Shown here: positions 30,001 through 44,232 of the stretch, in pieces
Layout of the letters: each line of letters begins with the position of its first letter
Numbering within the stretch: the first letter of the stretch is position 1
Source of the DNA: Eledone cirrhosa
Taxonomy: Eukaryota
Assembly: GCA_964016885.1 (NCBI GenBank)
Contig: OZ024740.1
Span: 430,962,001-431,026,000 of the forward strand
DNA: 64,000 bases
Reading direction: 5' to 3'
Made by a program: the position numbers and the translations under genes
Notes under the pieces: model-generated
Databases searched by the model: none
What the model was told of the DNA's origin: nothing
What the model saw: the letters and a program-made list of their open reading frames with translations, nothing else

Positions 30001-33000
30001 AGATAATATAGTGTTACTTAACTGAGCAGATGATATAGTGTTACTTAACTGCGCAGATGATATAGTGTTACTTAACTGAGCAGATGATATAGTGTTACTT
30101 AACTTAGCAGATAATATAGTGTTACTTAACTTAGCAGATGATATAGTGTTACTTAACTTAGCAGAAGAAATAATGTTACTTAGCTTAGCAGATGATATAA
30201 TGTTACTTAACTTAGCAGATGATATAATGTTACTTAACTTAGCAGATGATATAGTGTTACTTAACTTAGCAGATGATATAGTGTTACTTAACTTAGCAGA
30301 TGATATAGTGTTACTTAACTGAGCAGATAATATAGTGTTACTTAACTTAGCAGAAGATATAATGTTACTAAACTCAGCAGATGATATAGTGTTACATAAC
30401 TGAGCAGATGATATGGTGTTATTTAACTTAGCAGATGATATAGTTTTACTTAACTCAGCAGATGGTATAGTGTTACTTAACTTAGCAGATGATATAGTGT
30501 TACTTAACTTAGCAGATGATATAATGCTACTTAACTGAGCAGATGATATAATGTTACTTAACTTAGCAGATGATATAGTGTTACTTAATTTAGTAGATGA
30601 TATAGTGTTACTTAACCAGCAGATGATATAGTGTTACTTAACTTAGCAGATAATATAGTCTAACTTAACTTAGCCGATGATATACTGTTACTTAACTCAG
30701 CAGAAGATATGGTGTTACTTAACTTAGCAGATGATATAATGTTACTTAACTTAGCAGATGATATAGTGTTACTTAACTGAGCAGATGATATAATAATAAT
30801 TAACTCAGCAGATTATATAGTGTTATTTAACTGAGCAGATGATATATTGCTACTTAACTTAGCAGATGATATAATGTTACTTAACTAAGCAGATGATATA
30901 GTGTTAATTAACTCAGCAGAAGATATAGTGTTACTTAACTGAGCAGATGATATAGTGTTACTTAAATTAGCAGAAGATATGGTGTTACTTAACTCAACAG
31001 ATGATATAGTGTTACTTAACTTATCAGATGATATAATGTTACTTAACTTAGCAGATTATATAGTGTTACTTAACTTAGCAGATGATATAGTGTTACTTAA
31101 CTTAGCAGATGATATAGTGTTACTTAACTTAGCAGATGATATAATGTTTCTTAACTTAGCAGAAGATATAATGTTACTTAACTTAGCAGATGGTATAGTG
31201 TTACTTAACTTAGCAGATGATATAATGTTACTTAACTGAGCAGATGATGTAGTGTTACTTAACTTAGCAGATGATATAGTGTTACTTAACTCAGCAGATG
31301 ATATACTGTTACTTAACTTAGCAGATGATATAGTGTTACTTAACTGAGCAGATGATATAGTGTTACTTAACTTAGCAGATGATATAGTGTTACTTAACTT
31401 AGCAGATGATATAGTCTTACTTAACCAGCAGATAATATAGTGTTACTTAACTGAGCAGATGATATAGTGTTACTTAACTGAGCAGATGATATAGTGTTAC
31501 TTAACTGAGCAAATGATATAGTGTTACTTAACTTAGCAGATAATATAGTGTTACTTAACTTAGCAGATGATATAGTGTTACTTAACTTAGCAGAAGAAAT
31601 AATGTTACTTAGCTTAGCAGATGATATAATGTTACTTAACTTAGCAGATGATATAATGTTACTTAACTTAGCAGATGATATAGTCTTACTTAACCAGCAG
31701 ATAATATAGTGTTACTTAACTGAGCAGATGATATAGTGTTACTTAACTGAGCAGATGATATAGTGTTATTTAACTTAGCAGATGATATAGTGTTACTTAA
31801 CTCAGCAGATGGTATAGTGTTACTTAACTTAGCAGATGATATAATGTTACTTAACTTAGCAGATGATATAATGTTACTTAACTGAGCAGATGATATAATG
31901 TTACTTAACTTAGCAGATGATATAGTGTTACTTAATTTAGTAGATGATATAGTGTTACTTAACCAGCAGATGATATAGTGTTACTTAACTTAGCAGATAA
32001 TATAGTGTTACTTAACTTAGCCTATGATATACTGTTACTTAACTCAGCAGAAGATATGGTGTTACTTAACTTAGCAGATGATATAGTGTTACTTAACTTA
32101 GCAGATGATATAGTGTTACTTAACTGAGCAGATGATATAATGTTAATTAACTCAGCAGATTATATAGTGTTATTTAACTGAGCAGATGATATATTGCTAC
32201 TTAACTTAGCAGATGATATAATGTTACTTAACTAAGCAGATGATATAGTGTTAATTAACTCAGCAGAAGATATAGTGTTACTTAACTTAGCAGATGATAT
32301 AGTGTTACTTAAATTAGCAGAAGATATGGTGTTACTTAACTCAACAGATGATATAGTGTTACTTAACTTATCAGATGATATAATGTTACTTAACTTAGCA
32401 GATTATATAGTGTTACTTAACTTAGCAGATAATATAGTGTTACTTAACTTAGCAGATGATATAGTGTTACTTAACTTAGCAGATGATATAATGTTACTTA
32501 ACTTAGCAGAAGATATAATGTTACTTAACTTAGCAGATGGTATAGTGTTACTTAACTTAGCAGATGATATAATGTTACTTAACTGAGCAGATGATGTAGT
32601 GTTACTTACCTTAGCAGATGATATAGTGTTACTTAACTCAGCAGATGATATACTGTTACTTAACTTAGCCGATGATATACTGTTACTTAACTCAGCAGAA
32701 GATATGGTGTTACTTAACTTAGCAGATGATATAGTGTTACTTAACTTACCAGATGATATAGTGTTACTTAACTGAGCAGATGATATAATGTTAATTAACT
32801 CAGCATATGATATAGTGTTCCTTAACTCAGCGGAAGACATGGTGTTACTTAACTAAGATGATATAATGTTACTTAACTCAGAGGAAGATATGGTGTTACT
32901 TAACTTAGATGATATGGTGTTACTTAACTTGGCAGATGATATAGTGTTGCTTAACTTAGCAGAAGATATAGTGTTACTTAACTTATCAGATGATACAGTG

Positions 33001-36000
33001 TTACTTAACTTAGCAGATGATATAGTGTTACTTAACTCAGCAGATGGTATAGTGTTACTTAACTTAGCAGATGATATAATGTTACTTAACTTAGCAGGTG
33101 ATATAATGTTACTTAACTCAGCAGATGATATAGTGTTACTTAACTGAGCAGATGATATAGTGTTACTTAACTTAGCAGATGATATAGTGTTACTTAACTC
33201 AGCAGATGATATAGTGTTACTTAACTTAGCATATGATATAGTGTTACTTAACTTAGCAGATGATATAGTCTTACTTAACCAGCAGATAATATAGTGTTAC
33301 TTAACTGAGCAGATGATATAGTGTTACTTAACTGAGCAGATGATATAGTGTTACTTAACTGAGCAGATGATATAGTGTTACTTAACTTAGCAGATAATAT
33401 AGTGTTACTTAACTTAGCAGATGATATAGTGTTACTTAACTTAGCAGAAGAAATAATGTTACTTAGCTTAGCAGATGATATAATGTTACTTAACTTAGCA
33501 GATGATATAATGTTACTTAACTTAGCAGATGATATAGTGTTACTTAACTTAGCAGATGATATAGTGTTACTTAACTTAGCAGATGATATAGTGTTACTTA
33601 ACTGAGCAGATGATATAGTGTTACTTAAATTAGCAGAAGATATGGTGTTACTTAACTCAACAGATGATATAGTGTTACTTAACTTATCAGATGATATAAT
33701 GTTACTTAACTTAGCAGATTATATAGTGTTACTTAACTTAGCAGATGATATAGTGTTACTTAACTTAGCAGATGATATAGTGTTACTTAACTTAGCAGAT
33801 GATATAATGTTTCTTAACTTAGCAGAAGATATAATGTTACTTAACTTAGCAGATGGTATAGTGTTACTTAACTTAGCAGATGATATAATGTTACTTAACT
33901 GAGCAGATGATGTAGTGTTACTTAACTTAGCAGATGATATAGTGTTACTTAACTCAGCAGATGATATACTGTTACTTAACTTAGCAGATGATATAGTGTT
34001 ACTTAACTGAGCAGATGATATAGTGTTACTTAACTTAGCAGATGATATAGTGTTACTTAACTTAGCAGATGATATAGTCTTACTTAACCAGCAGATAATA
34101 TAGTGTTACTTAACTGAGCAGATGATATAGTGTTACTTAACTGAGCAGATGATATAGTGTTACTTAACTGAGCAAATGATATAGTGTTACTTAACTTAGC
34201 AGATAATATAGTGTTACTTAACTTAGCAGATGATATAGTGTTACTTAACTTAGCAGAAGAAATAATGTTACTTAGCTTAGCAGATGATATAATGTTACTT
34301 AACTTAGCAGATGATATAATGTTACTTAACTTAGCAGATGATATAGTCTTACTTAACCAGCAGATAATATAGTGTTACTTAACTGAGCAGATGATATAGT
34401 GTTACTTAACTGAGCAGATGATATAGTGTTATTTAACTTAGCAGATGATATAGTGTTACTTAACTCAGCAGATGGTATAGTGTTACTTAACTTAGCAGAT
34501 GATATAATGTTACTTAACTTAGCAGATGATATAATGTTACTTAACTGAGCAGATGATATAATGTTACTTAACTTAGCAGATGATATAGTGTTACTTAATT
34601 TAGTAGATGATATAGTGTTACTTAACCAGCAGATGATATAGTGTTACTTAACTTAGCAGATAATATAGTGTTACTTAACTTAGCCTATGATATACTGTTA
34701 CTTAACTCAGCAGAAGATATGGTGTTACTTAACTTAGCAGATGATATAGTGTTACTTAACTTAGCAGATGATATAGTGTTACTTAACTTAGCAGATGATA
34801 TAGTGTTATTTAACTGAGCAGATGATATATTGCTACTTAACTCAGCAGATGATATACTGTTACTTAACTTAGCCGATGATATACTGTTACTTAACTCAGC
34901 AGAAGATATGGTGTTACTTAACTTAGCAGATGATATAGTGTTACTTAACTTACCAGATGATATAGTGTTACTTAACTGAGCAGATGATATAATGTTAATT
35001 AACTCAGCATATGATATAGTGTTCCTTAACTCAGCAGAAGACATGGTGTTACTTAACTAAGATGATATAATGTTACTTAACTCAGAGGAAGATATGGTGT
35101 TACTTAACTTAGATGATATGGTGTTACTTAACTTGGCAGATGATATAGTGTTGCTTAACTTAGCAGAAGATATAGTGTTACTTAACTTATCAGATGATAC
35201 AGTGTTACTTAACTTAGCAGATGATATAGTGTTACTTAACTCAGCAGATGGTATAGTGTTACTTAACTTAGCAGATGATATAATGTTACTTAACTTAGCA
35301 GATGATATAATGTTACTTAACTCAGCAGATGATATAGTGTTACTTAACTGAGCAGATGATATAGTGTTACTTAACTTAGCAGATGATATAGTGTTACTTA
35401 ACTCAGCAGATGATATAGTGTTACTTAACTTAGCAGATGATATAGTGTTACTTAACTTAGCAGATGATATAGTCTTACTTAACCAGCAGATAATATAGTG
35501 TTACTTAACTGAGCAGATGATATAGTGTTACTTAACTGCGCAGATGATATAGTGTTACTTAACTGAGCAGATGATATAGTGTTACTTAACTTAGCAGATA
35601 ATATAGTGTTACTTAACTTAGCAGATGATATAGTGTTACTTAACTTAGCAGAAGAAATAATGTTACTTAGCTTAGCAGATGATATAATGTTACTTAACTT
35701 AGCAGATGATATAATGTTACTTAACTTAGCAGATGATATAGTGTTACTTAACTTAGCAGATGATATAGTGTTACTTAACTTAGCAGATGATATAGTGTTA
35801 CTTAACTGAGCAGATAATATAGTGTTACTTAACTTAGCAGAAGATATAATGTTACTAAACTCAGCAGATGATATAGTGTTACATAACTGAGCAGATGATA
35901 TGGTGTTATTTAACTTAGCAGATGATATAGTTTTACTTAACTCAGCAGATGGTATAGTGTTACTTAACTTAGCAGATGATATAGTGTTACTTAACTTAGC

Positions 36001-39000
36001 AGATGATATAATGCTACTTAACTGAGCAGATGATATAATGTTACTTAACTTAGCAGATGATATAGTGTTACTTAATTTAGTAGATGATATAGTGTTACTT
36101 AACCAGCAGATGATATAGTGTTACTTAACTTAGCAGATAATATAGTCTAACTTAACTTAGCCGATGATATACTGTTACTTAACTCAGCAGAAGATATGGT
36201 GTTACTTAACTTAGCAGATGATATAATGTTACTTAACTTAGCAGATGATATAGTGTTACTTAACTGAGCAGATGATATAATAATAATTAACTCAGCAGAT
36301 TATATAGTGTTATTTAACTGAGCAGATGATATATTGCTACTTAACTTAGCAGATGATATAATGTTACTTAACTAAGCAGATGATATAGTGTTAATTAACT
36401 CAGCAGAAGATATAGTGTTACTTAACTGAGCAGATGATATAGTGTTACTTAAATTAGCAGAAGATATGGTGTTACTTAACTCAACAGATGATATAGTGTT
36501 ACTTAACTTATCAGATGATATAATGTTACTTAACTTAGCAGATTATATAGTGTTACTTAACTTAGCAGATGATATAGTGTTACTTAACTTAGCAGATGAT
36601 ATAGTGTTACTTAACTTAGCAGATGATATAATGTTTCTTAACTTAGCAGAAGATATAATGTTACTTAACTTAGCAGATGGTATAGTGTTACTTAACTTAG
36701 CAGATGATATAATGTTACTTAACTGAGCAGATGATGTAGTGTTACTTAACTTAGCAGATGATATAGTGTTACTTAACTCAGCAGATGATATACTGTTACT
36801 TAACTTAGCAGATGATATAGTGTTACTTAACTGAGCAGATGATATAGTGTTACTTAACTTAGCAGATGATATAGTGTTACTTAACTTAGCAGATGATATA
36901 GTCTTACTTAACCAGCAGATAATATAGTGTTACTTAACTGAGCAGATGATATAGTGTTACTTAACTGAGCAGATGATATAGTGTTACTTAACTGAGCAAA
37001 TGATATAGTGTTACTTAACTTAGCAGATAATATAGTGTTACTTAACTTAGCAGATGATATAGTGTTACTTAACTTAGCAGAAGAAATAATGTTACTTAGC
37101 TTAGCAGATGATATAATGTTACTTAACTTAGCAGATGATATAATGTTACTTAACTTAGCAGATGATATAGTCTTACTTAACCAGCAGATAATATAGTGTT
37201 ACTTAACTGAGCAGATGATATAGTGTTACTTAACTGAGCAGATGATATAGTGTTATTTAACTTAGCAGATGATATAGTGTTACTTAACTCAGCAGATGGT
37301 ATAGTGTTACTTAACTTAGCAGATGATATAATGTTACTTAACTTAGCAGATGATATAATGTTACTTAACTGAGCAGATGATATAATGTTACTTAACTTAG
37401 CAGATGATATAGTGTTACTTAATTTAGTAGATGATATAGTGTTACTTAACCAGCAGATGATATAGTGTTACTTAACTTAGCAGATAATATAGTGTTACTT
37501 AACTTAGCCTATGATATACTGTTACTTAACTCAGCAGAAGATATGGTGTTACTTAACTTAGCAGATGATATAGTGTTACTTAACTTAGCAGATGATATAG
37601 TGTTACTTAACTGAGCAGATGATATAATGTTAATTAACTCAGCAGATTATATAGTGTTATTTAACTGAGCAGATGATATATTGCTACTTAACTTAGCAGA
37701 TGATATAATGTTACTTAACTAAGCAGATGATATAGTGTTAATTAACTCAGCAGAAGATATAGTGTTACTTAACTTAGCAGATGATATAGTGTTACTTAAA
37801 TTAGCAGAAGATATGGTGTTACTTAACTCAACAGATGATATAGTGTTACTTAACTTATCAGATGATATAATGTTACTTAACTTAGCAGATTATATAGTGT
37901 TACTTAACTTAGCAGATAATATAGTGTTACTTAACTTAGCAGATGATATAGTGTTACTTAACTTAGCAGATGATATAATGTTACTTAACTTAGCAGAAGA
38001 TATAATGTTACTTAACTTAGCAGATGGTATAGTGTTACTTAACTTAGCAGATGATATAATGTTACTTAACTGAGCAGATGATGTAGTGTTACTTACCTTA
38101 GCAGATGATATAGTGTTACTTAACTCAGCAGATGATATACTGTTACTTAACTTAGCCGATGATATACTGTTACTTAACTCAGCAGAAGATATGGTGTTAC
38201 TTAACTTAGCAGATGATATAGTGTTACTTAACTTACCAGATGATATAGTGTTACTTAACTGAGCAGATGATATAATGTTAATTAACTCAGCATATGATAT
38301 AGTGTTCCTTAACTCAGCGGAAGACATGGTGTTACTTAACTAAGATGATATAATGTTACTTAACTCAGAGGAAGATATGGTGTTACTTAACTTAGATGAT
38401 ATGGTGTTACTTAACTTGGCAGATGATATAGTGTTGCTTAACTTAGCAGAAGATATAGTGTTACTTAACTTATCAGATGATACAGTGTTACTTAACTTAG
38501 CAGATGATATAGTGTTACTTAACTCAGCAGATGGTATAGTGTTACTTAACTTAGCAGATGATATAATGTTACTTAACTTAGCAGGTGATATAATGTTACT
38601 TAACTCAGCAGATGATATAGTGTTACTTAACTGAGCAGATGATATAGTGTTACTTAACTTAGCAGATGATATAGTGTTACTTAACTCAGCAGATGATATA
38701 GTGTTACTTAACTTAGCATATGATATAGTGTTACTTAACTTAGCAGATGATATAGTCTTACTTAACCAGCAGATAATATAGTGTTACTTAACTGAGCAGA
38801 TGATATAGTGTTACTTAACTGAGCAGATGATATAGTGTTACTTAACTGAGCAGATGATATAGTGTTACTTAACTTAGCAGATAATATAGTGTTACTTAAC
38901 TTAGCAGATGATATAGTGTTACTTAACTTAGCAGAAGAAATAATGTTACTTAGCTTAGCAGATGATATAATGTTACTTAACTTAGCAGATGATATAATGT

Positions 39001-42000
39001 TACTTAACTTAGCAGATGATATAGTGTTACTTAACTTAGCAGATGATATAGTGTTACTTAACTTAGCAGATGATATAGTGTTACTTAACTGAGCAGATAA
39101 TATAGTGTTACTTAACTTAGCAGAAGATATAATGTTACTAAACTCAGCAGATGATATAGTGTTACTTAACTGAGCAGATGATATAGTGTTATTTAACTTA
39201 GCAGATGATATAGTTTTACTTAACTCAGCAGATGGTATAGTGTTACTTAACTTAGCAGATGATATAGTGTTACTTAACTTAGCAGATGATATAATGCTAC
39301 TTAACTGAGCAGATGATATAATGTTACTTAACTTAGCAGATGATATAGTGTTACTTAATTTAGTAGATGATATAGTGTTACTTAACCAGCAGATGATATA
39401 GTGTTACTTAACTTAGCAGATAATATAGTGTTACTTAACTTAGCCGATGATATACTGTTACTTAACTCAGCAGAAGATATGGTGTTACTTAACTTAGCAG
39501 ATGATATAATGTTACTTAACTTAGCAGATGATATAGTGTTACTTAACTGAGCCGATGATATAATGTTAATTAACTCAGCAGATTATATAGTGTTATTTAA
39601 CTGAGCAGATGATATATTGCTACTTAACTTAGCAGATGATATAATGTTACTTAACTAAGCAGATGATATAGTGTTAATTAACTCAGCAGAAGATATAGTG
39701 TTACTTAACTGAGCAGATGATATAGTGTTACTTAAATTAGCAGAAGATATGGTGTTACTTAACTCAACAGATGATATAGTGTTACTTAACTTATCAGATG
39801 ATATAATGTTACTTAACTTAGCAGATTATATAGTGTTACTTAACTTAGCAGATGATATAGTGTTACTTAACTTAGCAGATGATATAGTGTTACTTAACTT
39901 AGCAGATGATATAATGTTTCTTAACTTAGCAGAAGATATAATGTTACTTAACTTAGCAGATGGTATAGTGTTACTTAACTTAGCAGATGATATAATGTTA
40001 CTTAACTGAGCAGATGATGTAGTGTTACTTAACTTAGCAGATGATATAGTGTTACTTAACTCAGCAGATGATATACTGTTACTTAACTTAGCAGATGATA
40101 TAGTGTTACTTAACTGAGCAGATGATATAGTGTTACTTAACTTAGCAGATGATATAGTGTTACTTAACTCAGCAGATGATATACTGTTACTTAACTTAGC
40201 CGATGATATACTGTTACTTAACTCAGCAGAAGATATGGTGTTACTTAACTTAGCAGATGATATAGTGTTACTTAACTTACTAGATGATATAGTGTTACTT
40301 AACTGAGCAGATGATGTAATGTTAATTGAACTCAGCATATGATATAGTGTTCCTTAACTCAGCGGAAGACATGGTGTTACTTAACTAAGATGATATAATG
40401 TTACTTAACTCAGAGGAAGATATGGTGTTACTTAACTTAGATGATATGGTGTTACTTAACTTGGCAGATGATATAGTGTTGCTTAACTTAGCAGAAGATA
40501 TAGTATTACTTAACTTATCAGATGATACAGTGTTACTTAACTTAGCAGATGATATAGTGTTACTTAACTCAGCAGATGGTATAGTGTTACTTAACTTAGC
40601 AGATGATATAATGTTACTTAACTTAGCAGATGATATAATGTTACTTAACTCAGCAGATGATATAGTGTTACTTAACTGAGCAGATGATATAGTGTTACTT
40701 AACTTAGCAGATGATATAGTGTTACTTAACTTAGCAGATGATATAGTGTTACTTAACTTAGCAGATGATATAGTGTTACTTAACTTAGCAGATGATATAG
40801 TCTTACTTAACCAGCAGATAATATAGTGTTACTTAACTTAGCAGAAGAAATAATGTTACTTAGCTTAGCAGATGATATAATGTTACTTAACTTAGCAGAT
40901 GATATAGTGTTACTTAACTTAGCAGATGATATAGTGTTACTTAACTTAGCAGATGATATAGTGTTACTTAACTTAGCAGATGATATAGTGTTACTTAACT
41001 GAGCAGACAATATAGTGTTACTTAACTTAGCAGAAGATATAATGTTACTAAACTCAGCAGATGATATAGTGTTACTTAACTGAGCAGATGATATAGTGTT
41101 ATTTAACTTAGCAGATGATATAGTGTTACTTAACTCAGCAGATGGTATAGTGTTACTTAACTTAGCAGATGATATAATGTTACTTAACTTAGCAGATGAT
41201 ATAATGTTACTTAACTGAGCAGATGATATAGTGTTACTTAACTTAGCAGATGATATAGTGTTACTTAACCAGCAGATGATATAGTGTTACTTAACTTAGC
41301 AGATAATATAGTGTTACTTAACTGAGCAAATAATATAGTGTTACTTAACTTAGCAGAAGATATAATGTTACTTAACTTAGCAGATGATATAGTGTTACTT
41401 AACTTAGCAGATGATATAGTGTTACTTAACCAGCAGATGATATAGTGTTACTCAACTTAGCAGATGATATAATGTTACTTAACTTAGCAGATGATCTAGT
41501 GTTACTTAACTCAGCAGATGATATAGTGTTACTTAACTTAGCAGATGATATAGTGTTACTTAACTTAGCAGATGATATAGTGTTACTTAACTTAGCAGAT
41601 GATATAGTGTTACTTAACTTAGCAGATGATATGGTGTTACTTAACTTAGCAGATGATATAGTGTTACTTAACTTAGCAGATGATATAGTGTTACTTAATC
41701 AGCAGATGATATAGTGTTACTTAACTTAGCAGATGATATAATGTTACTTAACTTAGCAGATGATATAGTGTTACTTAACTCAGCAGATGATATAGTGTTA
41801 CTTAACTTAGCAGATGATATAGTGTTACTTAACTTAGAAGATCATATAGTGTTACTTAACTTAGCAGAAGATATAATATTATTTAACTTAGTAGATGATA
41901 TAGTGTTACTTAACTTAGCAGAAGATATAATTTTACTTAACTTAGCAGATGATATAGTGTTATTTAACTTAGCAGATGATATAGTGTTACTTAACTTAGC

Positions 42001-44232
42001 AGATGATATAGTGTTACTTAACTCAGCAGATGGTAGAGTGTTACTTAACTTAGCAGATGATATAGTGTTACTTAACTTAGCAGATGATATAATGTTACTT
42101 AACTCAGCAGATGATATAGTGTTAGTTAACTGAGCAGATGATATAGTGTTACTTAACTTAGCAGATGATATAGTGTTACTTAACTCAGCAGATCATATAG
42201 TGTTACTTAACTTAGCAGATGATATAGTGTTACTTAACTTAGCAGATGATATAGTCTTACTTAACCAGCAGATAATATAGTGTTACTTAACTGAGCAGAT
42301 GATATAGTGTTACTTAACTGAGCAGATGATATAGTGTTACTTAACTGAGCAGATGATATAGTGTTACTTAACTTAGCAGATAGTATAGTGTTACTTAACT
42401 TAGCAGATGATATAGTGTTACTTAACTTAGCAGAAGAAATAATGTTACTTAGCTTAGCAGATGATATAATGTTACTTAACTTAGCAGATGATATAATGTT
42501 ACTTAACTTAGCAGATGATATAGTGTTACTTAACTTAGCAGATGATATAGTGTTACTTAACTTAGCAGATGATATAGTGTTACTTAACTGAGCAGATAAT
42601 ATAGTGTTACTTAACTTAGCAGAAGATATAATGTTACTAAACTCAGCAGATGATATAGTGTTACTTAACTTAGCAGAAGATATAATGTTACTTAACTTAG
42701 CAGATGATATAGTGTTACTTAACTTAGCAGAAGATATAATTTTACTTAACTCAGCAGATGATGTAGTGTTACTTAACTCAGCAGATGGTATAGTGTTACT
42801 TAACTTAGCAGATGATATAGTGTTAGTTAACTGAGCAGATGATATAGTGTTATTTAACTTAGCAGATGATATAGTGTTACTTAACTTAGCAGATGATATA
42901 GTGTTACTTAACTGAGCAGATGATATAGTGTTACTTAACTTAGCAGAAGATATAACGTTACTTAACTCAGCAGATGATATAGTTTTACTTAACTTAGCAG
43001 ATGGTATAGTGTTACTTAACTTAGCAGATGATATAGTGTTACTTAACTGAGCAGATGATATAGTGTTATTTAACTTAGCAGATTATATAGTGTTACTTAA
43101 CTTAGCAGATGATATAGTGTTACTTTACTTAGCAGATGATATAGTGTTATTTAACTGAGCAGATGATATATTGCTACTTAACTTAGCAGATGATATAGTG
43201 TTACTTAACTCAGCAGAAGATATAGTGTTACTTAACTAAGCAGATGATATAGTGTTACTTAAATTAGCAGAAGATATGGTGTCACTTAACTCAGCAGATG
43301 ATATAGTGTTACTTAACTTATCAGATGATATAATGTTACTTAACTTAGCAGATTATATAGTGTTACTTAACTTAGCAGATGATATAGTGTTACTTAACTT
43401 AGCAGATGATATAATGTTACTTAACTTAGCAGAAGATATAATGTTACTTAACTTAGCAGATGGTATAGTGTTACTTAACTTAGCAGATGATATAATGTTA
43501 CTTAACTGAGCAGATGATATAGTGTTACTTAACTTAGCAGATGATATAGTGTTACTTAACTCAGCAGATGATATACTGTTACTTAACTTAGCAGATGATA
43601 TAGTGTTACTTAACTGAGCAGATGATATAGTGTTACTTAACTTAGCAGATGATATAGTGTTACTTAACTCAGCAGATGTTATACTGTTACTTAACTTAGC
43701 CGATGATATACTGTTACTTAACTCAGCAGAAGATATGGTGTTACTTAACTTAGCAGATGATATAGTGTTACTTAACTTACCAGATGATATAGTGTTACTT
43801 AACTGAGCAGATGATATAATGTTAATTAACTCAGCATATGATATAGTGTTCCTTAACTCAGCGGAAGACATGGTGTTACTTAACTAAGATGATATAATGT
43901 TACTTAACTCAGAGGAAGATATGGTGTTACTTAACTTAGATGATATAATGTTACTTTACTCAGAGGAAGACATGGTGTTACTTAACTAAGATGATATAAT
44001 GTTACTTAACTCAGAGGAAGATATGGTGTTACTTAACTAAGATGATATAATGTTACTTAACTCAGAGGAAGACATGGTGTTACTTAACTAAGATGATATA
44101 ATGTTACTTAACTCAGAGGAAGATATGGTGTTACTTAACTTGGCAGATGATATAGTGTTGCTTAACTTAGCAGAAGATATAGTGTTACTTAACTTATCAG
44201 ATGATATAGTTTTACTTAACTTAGCAGATGAT
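1..44232 (+). repeat. 27-bp satellite array (consensus GCAGATGATATAGTGTTACTTAACTTA, ~1,640 copies, open at left window edge)
   Basis: Continuous 27-bp periodicity. Common variants are AACTTA/AACTGA/AACTCA and ATAGTG/ATAATG, plus 26-bp (aaccagcag, gatatatgtt), 28-bp (cttaaactta) and 24-bp units. The last unit ends ...ttagcagatgat at 44232. Confidence 0.99.
43870..44125 (+). repeat. 51-bp dimeric (24+27) sub-array at the end of the satellite, ~5 copies
   Basis: Repeats of atggtgttacttaactaagatgat-ataatgttacttaactcagaggaaga(t/c). Confidence 0.85.

Noticed and set aside
389-43871. Dozens of (LADDIVLLN)n and (ISSAKLSNT)n ORFs as repeat-protein genes
   Set aside because: They result from a 27-bp unit divisible by 3. 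Frequent TGA variants and 26/28-bp frameshifting units show no coding constraint.
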